Shown piece by piece: positions 36,022 to 49,300 of a stretch of 64,000 nt of DNA (its first letter is position 1; every line of letters begins with the position of its first letter). The DNA is from Orbicella franksi (taxonomy: Eukaryota). The stretch is taken from assembly GCA_964199315.1 (NCBI GenBank), contig OZ116699.1:22692001-22756000 (forward strand), written 5' to 3'. A program made the position numbers and the translations under genes. Under the pieces are notes generated by a model. It was given only the letters and a program-made list of their open reading frames with translations, had not been told where the DNA came from and did not search any database.

Positions 36022-39000
36022 CTCTCTCAGTAAAATAAAAGCCTGCAAAACAATAATAAAATTAAATACAATTGAATCCGTGTCTAAAGAATGATTAAAG
36101 ATTAAAGAAGGTCAAAGAATATATCACAAACATTCTTCGCTGAAAATTTCATATCTTATACAGGTATTGGACTGTCCTATTATGTTTTTGGCACTATTTT
36201 TTTTTTTGGCCAGTGTTGTCTTCCATCATCTCGACTGAAGGTAGAAATAATAAAAGGGTATGTTTACTATCCATACGCGGATACTGACGGTCTGACATTT
36301 AGCCTGCGTCAGAGCAAACACGAGTCAGTGCAACGAAGAGCAGACATACGGTAAAATAATAATGATGACGTCCATTGAAACCTTCAATTCTCTGTTGAAT
36401 ATAATGCTGTTTACTGACGATTAACGGTGGTGATTGATCGTGATGTCCGTATGCAAATCCACACACGTTATTGAAAGACACTGCATGTCATTCTAAGTCT
36501 GTAAATACACAATCAAGGTTCGGTTTTCCAATTTTCTCAGCTTTCGAGCAGGTGAACACTCGCTCGCCATCGATTACAAATGGCAACCAGCTTTCATTTC
36601 TAAACTGTTCCCTGATCACTCAAAATACGCTTAACTTGAAAACGTTCTCGGAAAGAAACGTGGCAAAGGTCGTCGCAACTAAAATAAGTATTTACAAACA
36701 CCTCCGCATGAATTCTCATTCTTAGTGACCCGAGACTTCGCCGAAAAAAGCCAAAAAAAAAAAAAAAAAAACCCACACACACACACACACAAAGAAAAAC
36801 GATATGTATGAAATGTCAAAATATCACTTTAACCAAAACTGACCAAAAGAGGAACTTTAAAAAGTTCATTTCAGCAAATGAGCGGAATAAAAATAGACCC
36901 TTACCTTCCCTTTCTTTTTAAAATTGTCAGTTTAGTGTTTTACCTTTCTTCAGTATTTCCTTCAGTTCAGAAACGGAGCTTCAATTTAATAAACGAACAA
37001 ATCTGATTCTAGATTATCATATCCACAAGGCACCGTCGTCCTGGTTGAAACAAATTTCAAAAAACAACTTTGCGATAAAACGCCGCCGTCAACAGTTCAG
37101 ACTTTAGTTGAACTCCCCTCTGCAGTAATACGCCAGTGAGAGAAAAGATGAACCGATTATTTCTTCAAATAGTGATCTCGGATCAGATCAATTACACAAC
37201 AGGATGTAGAAACCATTTAGAAAAGTTATAAATGACATGACTTGCATCATGATGCAAAAGCAAATATTGGTAGAACTAAGCTAATGTTCGTTTGGCGGAT
37301 GCACCTTGAGGATAGGCACGTATCATCTGTAAATTAATCAGTAAAAAACTTCTACTTGTAAGTTCTTCATTCGTACTCCATAATAAGAATTTTTAAATTT
37401 AACTTACAGTATTTTTCTCAAACTGAATGGGAAATGAAACTAGGACTTAAAATGTGTCTAACAATAGAATTTGTTAAAAAAAAAAAATAGAATTTGTTTA
37501 ATTATGTTGTAAATTGAAAAAGATGAACGCCATAGATCTACTTTCGAAAGACTGGCCATAATACCGTCGGAAATATTTGCCATTTTTAATGTACCAGTTG
37601 TTAAAAAATCTACAAAAAAATCAAAGAAAGTGAAGTTTTATTTTCGTTCTAATAACTGCAGTGGCAAAAAAAGACAGTGGTCTTGAGGAAAAAACTGTAT
37701 GAAGGGTTCTCACAATGTTCACAAACAATAAAATGATTTCTATCTGTTTCCTATTGAAAATTCTGGCCGGATATTAATTTCCTTGGCTGCTTTTTTTTCA
37801 CTGACCTTTACTTCCAAAATTTTATTATTCGGAACTCCAAGAAAATGATGAAAACAGAATATTTGTGTTATAGTTCGATACACAAGCGATACAAAATCAT
37901 AAAAGGAATGTATCGGGATTTTTTTTGTTATTAACATATCGTTATTCAAAGAATTACTTCCTTTTTAATAACTGGGGGAAAGTGCAGAGCTCTTCCAACA
38001 AATTGTTTGTTAATATATTCGTGAGATGTCCTGACAGCTACACCCAAGATAACGACACTGAGACTTAGATAAACTGCTTCCTCTGCTAGAAACTTTGAAT
38101 TCATCAAATTGGTATTAGTAATAATGAAGGATTACGATAAGATAATGATTGTGATAAGCTGTATCCACTAAAAAACTTTTTTTACAGTAATAATTTTTAT
38201 AAAACTCGAGCTTGGTTTATTACCAGATATTAGCGTAAACTAAGAGCGTCACGTGAAGTGCCGCTGGCTTTTCCACCACAGCTGCATTTACTATGATCAC
38301 TCCTATGTGAAAACAATTTTAAAAGTTTTTCTCTTGTTTTCTCATTTTCATGACTGCCATCGTTTCTCGAGATAACTATGACAAGTTGACCCTGTACTTA
38401 AAAAGATTTGACACTTTTGATGCTGCAAAAAGAATTGAAATAAAGCTTCTGGCACATTTCGATTGAAAAAAATTTATTCGTTTGTAATTTTTTTTTCGAA
38501 AACAAATAAGAATCAATTACGATCACAACAATAATCGGTTGATCCTCATCCCTTTGAAATCTCTCTTCACATTCGTTCTTTGTCTCTTTTTTTGCTTGGG
38601 GAAAGGACGAGGGGAGGAGAGGGAAGCGGAGTGGAGGGGAGAGGAGAGTGGAACGAAGAAGGGTAGGGAAAGGTACGCTAAAAAAGCCAAAGTCGAGACC
38701 AATAAGAGTTAGAATTAGATATAACAAGAGGCCTAGAGGCCTTAACGCGGATGGTTTTCTAAGATGGTGGGCTTATCAATCATGGACTATCTGCACAGCT
38801 CCAGGCCATTGAATTTTTCTGGCAAAAAGTCTGGGCATTTTTTCTGTGCGAAGATTTTTTTGGGGAAATTTCCAAGCCCCCCACAAACAAAGATTTGGCT
38901 TTTGTAACAGTTCCCTTTTCCTTTATTCTACGATGACATTTACGACGACACCAAACTTGCGGTCACACGATCTTAAAATATCAGAAAAAAGACAAGTAAA

Positions 39001-41601
39001 TACAAGAGTGACGGGAATTTCTCACATAAAAAAAAGCTCCTGATGATCTGTGTGATCTTGGCTTGATAGAAGTCACATAATGAGAAAAATTCAGAGATTT
39101 CCCTTTACGCGTTAATAGCTAGGTAATGTCAACATATTCAGAGAGTTGTAACCAAACAATTACCGTAAAGCCAGCAAATTCTTGGGATGAACATCTTGAA
39201 AATCTCGTTTCAATACAGCACTTATACTGGAAAAGAAACACCTTTTTGTTCAGAGATACATAAAGCGACCTCGAGCAAACAAACACGCGTTTTCTACGTG
39301 AGAAAAGAAATCAAACCGCCGGTAACTTTCCGAACCCTATTTGCGTAAAGTTTGCTCACATTTCGCGACAAGTTGAGGGTTTGCGTAACTCGTGAAGCAG
39401 TACGTCTCAAAGCTTACCTCATGTTGCGACAAAACCAACCTTGAATCCAGATAAAAAACAACTGGAACTACCATTGGCAAAAGAATCAAAGTACTGTTTA
39501 CATTTTGAGGCAAGAGCCCGTGTCATGGACTTCGATCTGTTTGAGGTCTAATACTTTCTTAACCATTTGAAAGATTATCTTATTATATTTCGCTTTAGAA
39601 GAATAATGACAATTTTAGAATTTGAGTCTTTTTTCATATCTTCATTGTAAACAACAGACGTTTGAAGTTGTCCTTCATTAGCAAGTTGGGTGGTTAAATA
39701 AACGATTCGACTGAGGTCTTAAGCTACTGTTATTCTCGTTAAATATAAAGAACTCATTGTATAGTTTTTTTTTTTCCCAAAAGCCCCTGTCTTTTTTCTC
39801 AATTATTAGAACGAAAATTGAACGTCACTTTCTTTAACTTTCTCCAGGTTCTGAACGAGGTGCATTAAAACTGGCAAATATTTCCGACAATATTATGACA
39901 AGTCTTTCGAAAGCAGATCTATGACGTTTATCTTTTTCAATTTACATCACATAATAAAGAATCCTATTGTTAGACAGGCTTCCGACGAAAGCTTGGAATC
40001 TGAGAATAACAGAAGCTGAAGGCCTCAGTAAAACTCGTTTAGTTGACAGCAGAGATTATTGACTGAGGCATTTTAAGAGCTGATTCGCCCTCGCACTCCC
40101 ACAACATACTTCGCACGACAAAAAAGAAAAGGAACTTAATTAAAAAAAAAGAGAGAAACTTTTCTACTATTGCGTAACTATTCTGGTTAAGTAATTCGAA
40201 TGTTCTACGGATGCATACCTCTTAGTTGCCGTAGCAGGTGCGGTTTGTTCGGATACGGAGGTCTTCCAAGGAGCGCTACGTAGCTAAAATTGATAACTAA
40301 GCTGATAAACCTTGAGCAACCTTGACAAGTACATGTGTAAATAGCTCAAAGCCGCTTTCCAAGTAGTTTTTGTTCAGTTTGTTCAGTTGTTCAGTTCCCT
40401 TAATTTGATACTCGTGCAGAAAGTTTGAAACGTGGGTTATTTAAATCACAAAGCGGAAGTATCCTAAAAATACGCACGGAAGCCGTTCGTCTTTCTCGGC
40501 CTTTTGCCAAAGAATTCCGTATTGGTCGACGAATGAAATATCGAACGAGAAGATTATCTATTTCAACTCGTTTCGTAATACCACAGACCAAGGGGAAATC
40601 GAAAGCACAAACCTCATTCAAAACAACTGTAATATTATCTCTGGAATAGAAATGTATTTATTAAAATCAAAGTTGTGTTTGTAAATTATATCTTGAGATG
40701 ATCTCCTACTGGGTAAAAAAAATGCAAAATTAACACTTTCAGCTGGGCAAAGAAGACAGATTAAAAACAATAGCCCCCATGGATGACATGCATGTCAGTA
40801 ATTTTGATTTTTTTCAGCTTCCTGTTTACATTTGGAAGCTTTGCAGTTCGTGAGAAATCACGCGTTTAGTTCCAAGATGTCATAGCTCCGCTTTCAATTC
40901 AGTCGAACATTCTGGCAGGAGTTGCAGAAACTACGGAATAAGAAGTCTAAAGTACACAAAAATTGACATTAAGAGGGGTTTTACACGGAAATTATAGCGT
41001 CCTTGCTATTTTTATTAGTAACTGGTTGATGGTACTTTGGTTTCTCAATACTAGGTAATTTGTTTTTTAGATAACAAATGTGCTCATGGATAAAATTTTA
41101 TCTTTTAGTGGTCGCAAGTGTTTCTTCTAAGTGAAAATTCGTTTGTGGATGCCCTTTTGTTTTCAGACAATGCGAACATATAACTGGAACTTCAACAATC
41201 TATATTAGAAGTTCACAAATTGCTTCTTTTCCCAATTAATAGTAACCGTTTATGCTGTTGACTTTAATTTTAGACCAGGAAAATTCGCATCCATGTCATT
41301 GATGAGAGCAGCTTTCCCAGTTGTTGCCACATAATCTCTTGCTGTTGTTTAATAGTGAGTGGTGAAAAAATAAAGATAATGCCAGCATTATTTATTAGCA
41401 TCACACAGTCTTCGGAGAGAATCGTTGCCATTTCCCTCTGCCTTCAAAGAACGCCGCCGCTTTGTTTTCTACCGCGGGAAAGCGACGAAACAGCTGCTAC
41501 TTTCAAGATGAAACTCACCACTAGACAACGGCTTACAGCAGTTACTAGTTGATTCGTACCCAAAATTAAACTATTCTTCGATTGGGACATCAGTTTTAAA
41601 A

Positions 41602-42065
41602 TACAGTTGACCCGCTTATTGGTCGCTTATGGGAAGTGGCCGCTTACAAGAGTTAAGACCATATTGGGTCAAAATTTTTCCTCATTAGGATATGGTAACT
41701 GCAAAGTGCATAACTGCGCCAGTGTTTTATTTATGTTAAAGTCAATTTCGAGAAAAAATCCGGTTCTTCCTATTGGAAAATTTCCGTTTCTTGTACTACC
41801 CAGGAATACGATAATGTTACAACACCTTGTTATCCAATTTCCCCTCTATTATCTGTCAGGTGGTCGCTTACGAAAGGTTAAAAGCAAAAGAAAATTTCAA
41901 ACTTTTAGCTCTCAAAGTGGTCGCGGTCGCTAACGAGAGGTGGTCGCGTACAAGAGGTCTCAATTATAGTGATTTGGCTTGGATAATTTTGGTATTTTGG
42001 AAAACTGGTCGCTGAGGAGAGGTGGTCGCTTACGAGAGGTGGTCTCAACTGGAGGTTCGACTATA
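41602..42065. mobile_element. MITE with repeated GGTCGCTTACGAGAGG-like subterminal motifs (Tc1/mariner-pogo-like ends)
   Basis: tacagttgacccgc... and ...ggaggttcgactata ends; many ggtcgctta motifs. Confidence 0.65.
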
Positions 42066-43242
42066 CTAAATAAACCTTACTCAACGACTTTTAGGATTTT
42101 TTTTATGCGAGTCTATACTAAGCAACAAGTCAACTGTCAACACGATAGGATTCAGAGTTTACTTTCCAGCAAGTTAAGCCTTAAAAGAAAAGACCCAAAA
42201 GGATCATACCTCTGTTTTTTATAGTGTGAGGCAGATAGGAGTATTGCTACTCTGCCTGAATGGGAGGTTACTCAGCAATATTCTTTCAGTTTTCCCCCAA
42301 CAATTCTAGATCGGCAATTCTCCGGGACCCAGGTGTCTCGATCAGATCGACCACAACGCCTGCCACACTTTCCGAAACGGTGTACTGCTACCTTCATAAA
42401 TAGTATTTCTTGAATATGGCATATTATGTAAATCAGAATTCTACGAATTGTGGATGAATCTCATCATGTTTACCTCGCCATGTAAGGACACTATCAACTG
42501 TGTCATGTGCAGTAAAATCACTGTGAAATAAAATATTCCTCCGATTCCAGATGTTCCTGATAACCATGAATCCTCCATGAAACACTAATAAAGTTGCCGA
42601 CACACGGCACTACCATTCTTAAATCCTGATATATGTGCGTGGGGCAACCGGGGCCCGGTAATTGAAAGCAGCATCAGTATTGCATTGTTTTCCTACAATA
42701 TGCCTTAGAACAAACCTGTCCAGGTTTTTTTTACTGATCAAAATCCAAGAGAGCTAACTTAGTAAAAAGGATGTCAAAGATTACAATTTTGGAACAAGCT
42801 AAAATCTTTGAACTCTTCCTAAAGATTTAAGTCTAAGTGGTCAGATTTTCGAGAACATAAGCCAATTTAGGGGGATAACATTTGTCTTAGAGGAAAGTTT
42901 TTAAATTTTGAATGACGATGAGACGTATTCTTCTGCCAGGAGAAAATGTGTATTTTGACCATTAGATCTCTGATTGTATAACGGTCTCTCCACTGACTGC
43001 AGAAAATGAAAGGAAGTTTTATTCGTGCACTTTGCGTCACTTGGTTCACAACTCAGTTATGACAGCGACGACAGATAACCGTGAACTAAGTTTATTTGGG
43101 TTAGTGAAAGGGAGCTAGAGAGGTAGGGAATTAAATTTGCCTCCCATCCAGAACAGGGGGCCACGATACTCCCAGTCTTTCCCTTCATTTTACAAAACGC
43201 AAACCGGAGGGTACTGAAGAAATTAGTAAAATGTTCAAGTCC

Positions 43243-43482
43243 TAAAGGAGCTACGTTGCGGTTTACACATCCTGAAAAGTTTGCCTAAATTTCTCACGTT
43301 CGTCATTTGCAATCCGCATTAATCGTCTCCATCTTTAACTATCCTTGTTCCGTTATGGTTTATCATTATCTCTATGGTGTTTTTCTATCTTAGTAAACTG
43401 TTATTTTCAGGTTTCCTTCAATTTAAGGGTAATTTTGTACATGGCCAAAATAACTCAAAATAATATCACTGAGCTCCTTTAA
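43243..43482. mobile_element. MITE with TAA|AGGAGCT ... AGCTCCT|TTAA ends (Kolobok-like)
   Basis: TIR taaaggagct / agctccttta; AG terminus next to a TTAA-type site. Confidence 0.65.
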
Positions 43483-43914
43483 TGTATTGTATATTTAATA
43501 TTATCTCCCGTTGAAACTGCACTGCTAGTGAGAATCTACATTAAATTGCAAAAACAAATTATCGGCTTAGCTTAACAGTTTACTTTGTCTGCAAAACGAA
43601 AATTAAAACGTTTATTTATCCCGCTGTCGCGAATTCGCTTCGGTGGTTATTACAGATTCATAACATATTCGTAATAGATTCTTCGCCTTGTAGCAATGAA
43701 AAAGAAATCGTGAAATCATTTTCAAAAAATAATGTTTTACATAATTGTGCCAATTTCTGAGAAAATACCTTTTCTCGGTTATAATTAGTAAGCGAAAATA
43801 ATTTTTTATATGCCAGTCATTGTCATCTCCGGAAGCGACTTGAAGCTACTCCCACTGGATGAGTTGAGTCCATCACCCAGTTGCAACGGACCGTTTCAAT
43901 GATATCACGCCAAA

Positions 43915-44053
43915 TTGGTTTCCGAAAAATCGGATAGTTCAAGAAATCGGAGGTAAAATTACAGCGTTTGACTAAAGGGAGAAACGACATTTACTTCAAG
44001 TTATCGCGAGGTTCGAAAACTAGAAAGCTCGAGAAATCAGGATTTCACTACAG
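43915..44053. mobile_element. Partial MITE
   Basis: Repeated tcgagaaatc/gaaaaatcgg motifs ending ggatttcactacag. Confidence 0.4.
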
Positions 44054-44929
44054 TGTAGGCTTTTTTCATGTTAATTTGGTTAGAAATTCCTTCTGTTAGG
44101 AACAACTCTGACTCGTTTCGTTTTAAACTTGGCCTTGGACACCCGCTTTGCATTTATCTAACAACGCAAATTAAAGATAAAAAATCGGAAGGAGTGATTT
44201 AGTCAGTTTTCCCGCCTGTATTAACTAGAAATTTCAATATCAGGGTTTATGAAAAAAAAAAAGAACTAAAATAGAAACAAAGGAATATCTGAAAAACGTA
44301 CCTTGTCCTGAGAAGAAGATGTTTTTTTTTCATATGTTGGGCTTGAATTGAATTAAACCAGCAAAGCAGATGGCCCTGCAATTAACTAAGTAGAGCTTGT
44401 TTACCTTGGTCTGACGTTCTACAAAGGTTTTGTATAGTCAGGACCACCTTGACAAACATTAATTAAGCAGTGGGTTAGAATTGATAATTAAAATTCAATA
44501 TTATTCTCGCAATATTTCATTACAACGATGAAAGGTGAGGATCAAAGGTACACAAGCTATCAGTTTAGATAAGAAAAATTTCACTAGCTAAATTTATCAT
44601 ATATTTATTTATTTTACTACCAAATTAATACAGTAATTGCTGAGGGAACCCGAAGGGTCCTATTCTAGTTTTGAAAATTTAAGGTGGCTCTGAACCTTAT
44701 GTACAGAATTTCGTAAACTTTGCTAAAAGTTGCATGTTATTCTGCTTATCAAAATTTGATAATAAAAAAATCCACCGTGCTAGTTTTGTCGCCAAAAATT
44801 ATAATAACGTGTTCACCGATGATTGGGTAGGGGAATTAAACAATAGAATGTTTCTCGGGCTCGTCGCCAGTCCTATGAGAAAACTGTAAGACTCAGAGGA
44901 TTATGGTAGAGTCCGGGCGTGAGAGAAGA

Positions 44930-45144
44930 CAATCCTCCGTAGGAAAAAAGATGGCGGCTGTACATTTTACCGCAATACCATGCGAACCTAATACAGCCTG
45001 TAAATTACAAGGAAAGCCACATTTTTGCAGTATTTTTTCATGCGCTACGGGCATTGTCTACGCTGGGAGCGTTTTTTAAGTTTCCTTGTGCTAAGAATTA
45101 TGGGTAAATGTACCAGTCGCCATCTTTTTTCCTACGGCGGATTG
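44930..45144. mobile_element. MITE with ~40-bp TIRs
   Basis: caatcctccgtaggaaaaaagatggcggctgtacattttacc pairs with ggtaaatgtaccagtcgccatcttttttcctacggcggattg. Confidence 0.7.
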
Positions 45145-45451
45145 GGAACTAGTCAGGGTTGGCAAATAGTTTGGACCGTTTTGTCTACCATTACCGGGTA
45201 GTGGGCTCCTGAATTACCTGTTACATGTAATTTGGTAGCATAATCCTGTAAAACACATGTCAAAAAAAAAAAAGGTTTCTTTTAATACTGCGTTCGGGTT
45301 TACTTCTTTCATTGTATGGCAAATATCCACTCCCTCGTGCCTTTGTGTTAGAACAAAACACAGTGATGTTGTTATTGATGTTGTTATTCATCACCTTTTA
45401 CCGCCTTTTTTATTTCAAAATAAACATCCACAACAAAAAAGACGGCTAACC

Positions 45452-46367
45452 TTATACACCGAATGCAAATATGGCGGACCGCTCGGTTGGCGCCCGGGAC
45501 GAGTCGCATGCAAGCGAGGCTAGTCAGGCTTTGATGTTTTGTTTTGACAGAAAAGTCAATCTGATCTGTTTTTGTTTCGCCCTCCCTATAAGTTGTTGTG
45601 TTCCTGAATGCCACCAGAAGGAACTGAAATCTTCCGCAGCAGAGAAAGTTTTTTTTTTTCGTTTCCGCGGTCGCCTCTCAGGGAAACAGACGAAGGAAAG
45701 TAGTTCACGATCGCCGAAGGAACTGCTAAAGTTTGTTCGTTCAGGCTGGAAGATCTTAGAATATGTGTAAGCGACCGCATTTAGCTCCAAGTCGTTCTCA
45801 TTTGGCTCAAAGCATTCCCTGGATACAACGATGGGGGCAGTTGAAGTTCATTCACTTGGTTATTACACCGTAATATTTGTTTCGTCCGATTCCGTGCGAG
45901 TGGACGCGAAGTCAACTTCTTCCTTTGAGACAGAGGATGTTTTTCAAGAGGAGCTTTTCTTTACTTTGGGGAAGGTACTGGCCATGTAAACCGTGTTGGA
46001 ACACCACCAGGCACCACATAAGCTCGTCATTTACACGATTTTTCTAAGATCTTCTAATGTTAAATGTAGCGAACAAACTTTAGTTCCTGCGGCGATCGTG
46101 AACTCCTTTCCTTCGTCTCAACGAATTGCATTGATCCACTATTTTCCCTAAACTTAAGAGACGAACGGTGGAAAATTTATATCCCTTCTCGTGGCGCAGC
46201 AGCTGGTAGCCACAACTCAATAAAACAGACCAGATCGACGACGAAGCAAGACTTTTCTGGGGAAGCATTGTCAAAACAAAACATCAAAGCCTGACTAGCC
46301 TCGCTTTCATGCGACTCGTCCCGTGCGCCGATCGAGTCAGTCCGCCATATTTGTATTCGGTGTATAA
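45452..46367. repeat. Large imperfect inverted repeat (~0.9 kb)
   Basis: Outer arms ~45452-45575 and ~46222-46367 (ttatacaccgaatgcaaatatggcggac...gcgaggctagtcaggctttgatgttttgttttgaca); inner arms ~45688-45770 and ~46030-46118. Confidence 0.8.
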
Positions 46368-49300
46368 AAGTACGTTCTCCTGGTTTACCTTTAGAAACAA
46401 GATATCCCCGTTTCGACCAGACGAGACAACGTTATGAATTTTCAAACCAAAGAACCATAGAACCATACCCTTAACGTCGCCCCTGCTCTTTCCACCCAGA
46501 GAGCCTACATGACGTATCATGTGACAAACTACTGCAAAACAGGCACTGACCAGTTGATCCCACTGGTTACCTGAGCCGAAAGTGGAACAATATGTCTACG
46601 TGCGCAAGTCTTGCTGATGAAAAAGAAGATAAAGCAGTTCCTCAGTTACACATTTGGATGAGCACGTAGGCATTTTGAACAAGCTTTTAACTCATTACGT
46701 GTCTAGCGGATGATTGATTAACTGATTGATTGACTGAATGGAACATTTTAATAACTGATGTTGACTCAACAAAATGCTTACCTATCTTGGCTCTTCTTAA
46801 TTCGCTCTCCTTTCTGGTCACTTTTTCGACCGGGAGATTTAGTAAGATGAGCTAGCTCATTGAGCTAGAAGAGACTCTGAACATTTTTTGATTACTGAGA
46901 ATTCACGCTGATAGAGGTAGATAATAGCTTGATATTATTCGGAACAAAAGGATGCTATGATGAAAGAAAATCGTAGAGAAAAGTCTTCAGCATATTAGCT
47001 AGTCCAAGTACCATACGTTTCACCTTCACATTTTTCCCATTTAGAATTTCTATTAGTTGCTTGGGTTTAATTTTCTGCACCCGTTCATAACTGTGGTGTT
47101 GCCTTTTGTTCTCGCGTTTTACTAAAAATACAACTCTTAAATGCAAATTTTTGCCTAGTAGACAAGTTTCAGTCGATTGTAATCAAATCTCCAAAAAAAG
47201 GTAACAACTTGAAGATTTGAAAAATAGCATATATGAAACAAAAAGAGAAATGCTGGAGGACAAATTAATTTGAGGAACGCTGTTATCGAATTTGAATGCC
47301 AGATTAAAGTCTTAAACATTTTTAGTGTGGGCATTTTGCATAATCCTGTCAAATTTCGGTTGTTGACATAATTTAGAAATGTGTTGTTTTATCACAGAAT
47401 CGAAAGGCAAGCAGGTTCTGACAGTTTACTGGTAGCTGAGAAAAGCATCTTTCCCACCAAAAGTAAGTTCATTGCAAAAGTAAGAGACGGATTGCAGGTG
47501 AGCTAAAGCTTGACTCTTGTCGAGTAAGTTTGTTCAGACAAACGACTTGCCCGTTAACTTAAGACCTTAAGACGACATTACGTTAATTCTCAACCCTGCT
47601 TTGACTGAACGTACATATTTTGTACATTTTCTTCTCTTCCTCAGTAATTTCACTGTGGCACTGCACTATAGAGAACTTTGGCTCCTTTGGCTCCTTTGGC
47701 CATTGCCTGCACACTTCTTTCTTGTCAAATGTAGTTTTGCATTTGTTTTCTCTTGCTTTTGTTTTTGTAACTAAAAACACTTTATTATAACAGAAATACT
47801 GTAGAGTGAATAAATGAACTTATTGAACTTGAACCCTTGGACTCTGTTGTTTCCAAAAATGACCACCATACATGATATTAGCCAATAGAATAATAAAGAA
47901 TCTAGTCAACTATGAAATATTGCTTTTATGTACATCACAACAGTTTATTTCAACTAACATGGAAAGAAACGTTTGTATTGTAAGAAATAACTTTTGAATG
48001 AAACCTAATAACTTATATAATCAATTTCAGAGAGCCTAAGATGGACAGTAAATCTTCATTAACAAACACAAGTCGCATGGTTTAAAAATCTAGTTGGGGA
48101 CTCTAAAAAGTGTTATCTCAATTTCGCGAAAAACTGTTTTTGTTCGCTTCAAAAAACGCATGAACAGGAAAAGAAAATCAAAATATTTTAATTAATCACT
48201 GAGCATAAGCAACGAATTGTACTAACGTCACAGCTTTATTTATGTCTCTTTTTCGAAATTATGCCAAATAGGTTTAATTGTGATTTCTCAAAAAAAATCG
48301 TTCTTACTTACTATATAGCAAAATGCTAGTTTTTGTTTTGGGGTTCTGTTCTCTGTTGACATGATCAAACTATCAAGAAGAGAAACCAAGGACACTATCT
48401 CCCATCCAGTGTTCCTCGTACCTATTCAAAGTCAGGATAAACTATCAGTGAGATTTCTTAAATCTAAACCGTGTGTTTGAAATAATTAAACATTTTTTCT
48501 CGATGAAATATTTATCGTGTTAGAATTACTTTCGAAGAAACGATTCGTTGTGTAAGTCCCAAGTTTTGTAAAAAACTTACCGTGGTAAATGGGCACATTG
48601 ATGCAGGAAAGTATTCAGTCATGTTAATGACATGACCTGTTGGAACTTGTTGGAACCTGTTGGAATTGTGGTGTTTCAAAAAGCTTTAATGCTCTGAACC
48701 ATCGATATCGATCCGAAGCAATATCTTTTAAGTTTTAGTCAGTCCGTCAGTCAGTCTCATTTGAGGTGAAAAAAGAGCTGAGAACGAAGTTTGAAAGCCC
48801 AGTCAAAATGTTAGCTTTGCTTATGAATTAATTAATTCTATGTGCACTTTAAGTCCACAAAGGGTATTTATTCCACCCGTTTTCTTTCATGGTCGCTTTG
48901 ACGCCTTAACAGGAACAATTTTGACATATTTTGTCTATGTGTTTGACAATTTTATTTTGGCTTAAAATATGGCGAAAAATACACTGTCCTTTTAATGTAA
49001 GGAACTGGAATACATACACACATGTAAAATACTTCATTGATAATTAAAAGGCTTGGCTTTCTTTTCTTTTTCTTTAAATTGGTTTGAAGGGAGGGGAGGG
49101 AGAAGTCAGGAAAATTAAATTCTGTTGCGTTAATTAGTTGCCAGCAATATATGTTGTTGTTATACCATATTACATACAGGAAGACATATTGAATTGTCTA
49201 AATTTAGGTCAAGGGTTTTGTCGTCTTCCGCAATTTGGTTTACATTCGTTAATGCATTGTATATAACGCTTGTCTCCTATTTATACGTGTCAGATAGCTG

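Noticed and set aside
40400-41552. Short ORFs in the inter-GPCR interval as a coding gene
   Set aside because: Candidate exons could not be joined into an open frame; more likely UTR or intron.
42300-42720. Possible third, decayed GPCR (DSWLSGTSG resembles DCWLSGTTG of the 35-kb receptor)
   Set aside because: No other GPCR motif aligns and there are multiple stops; insufficient support.
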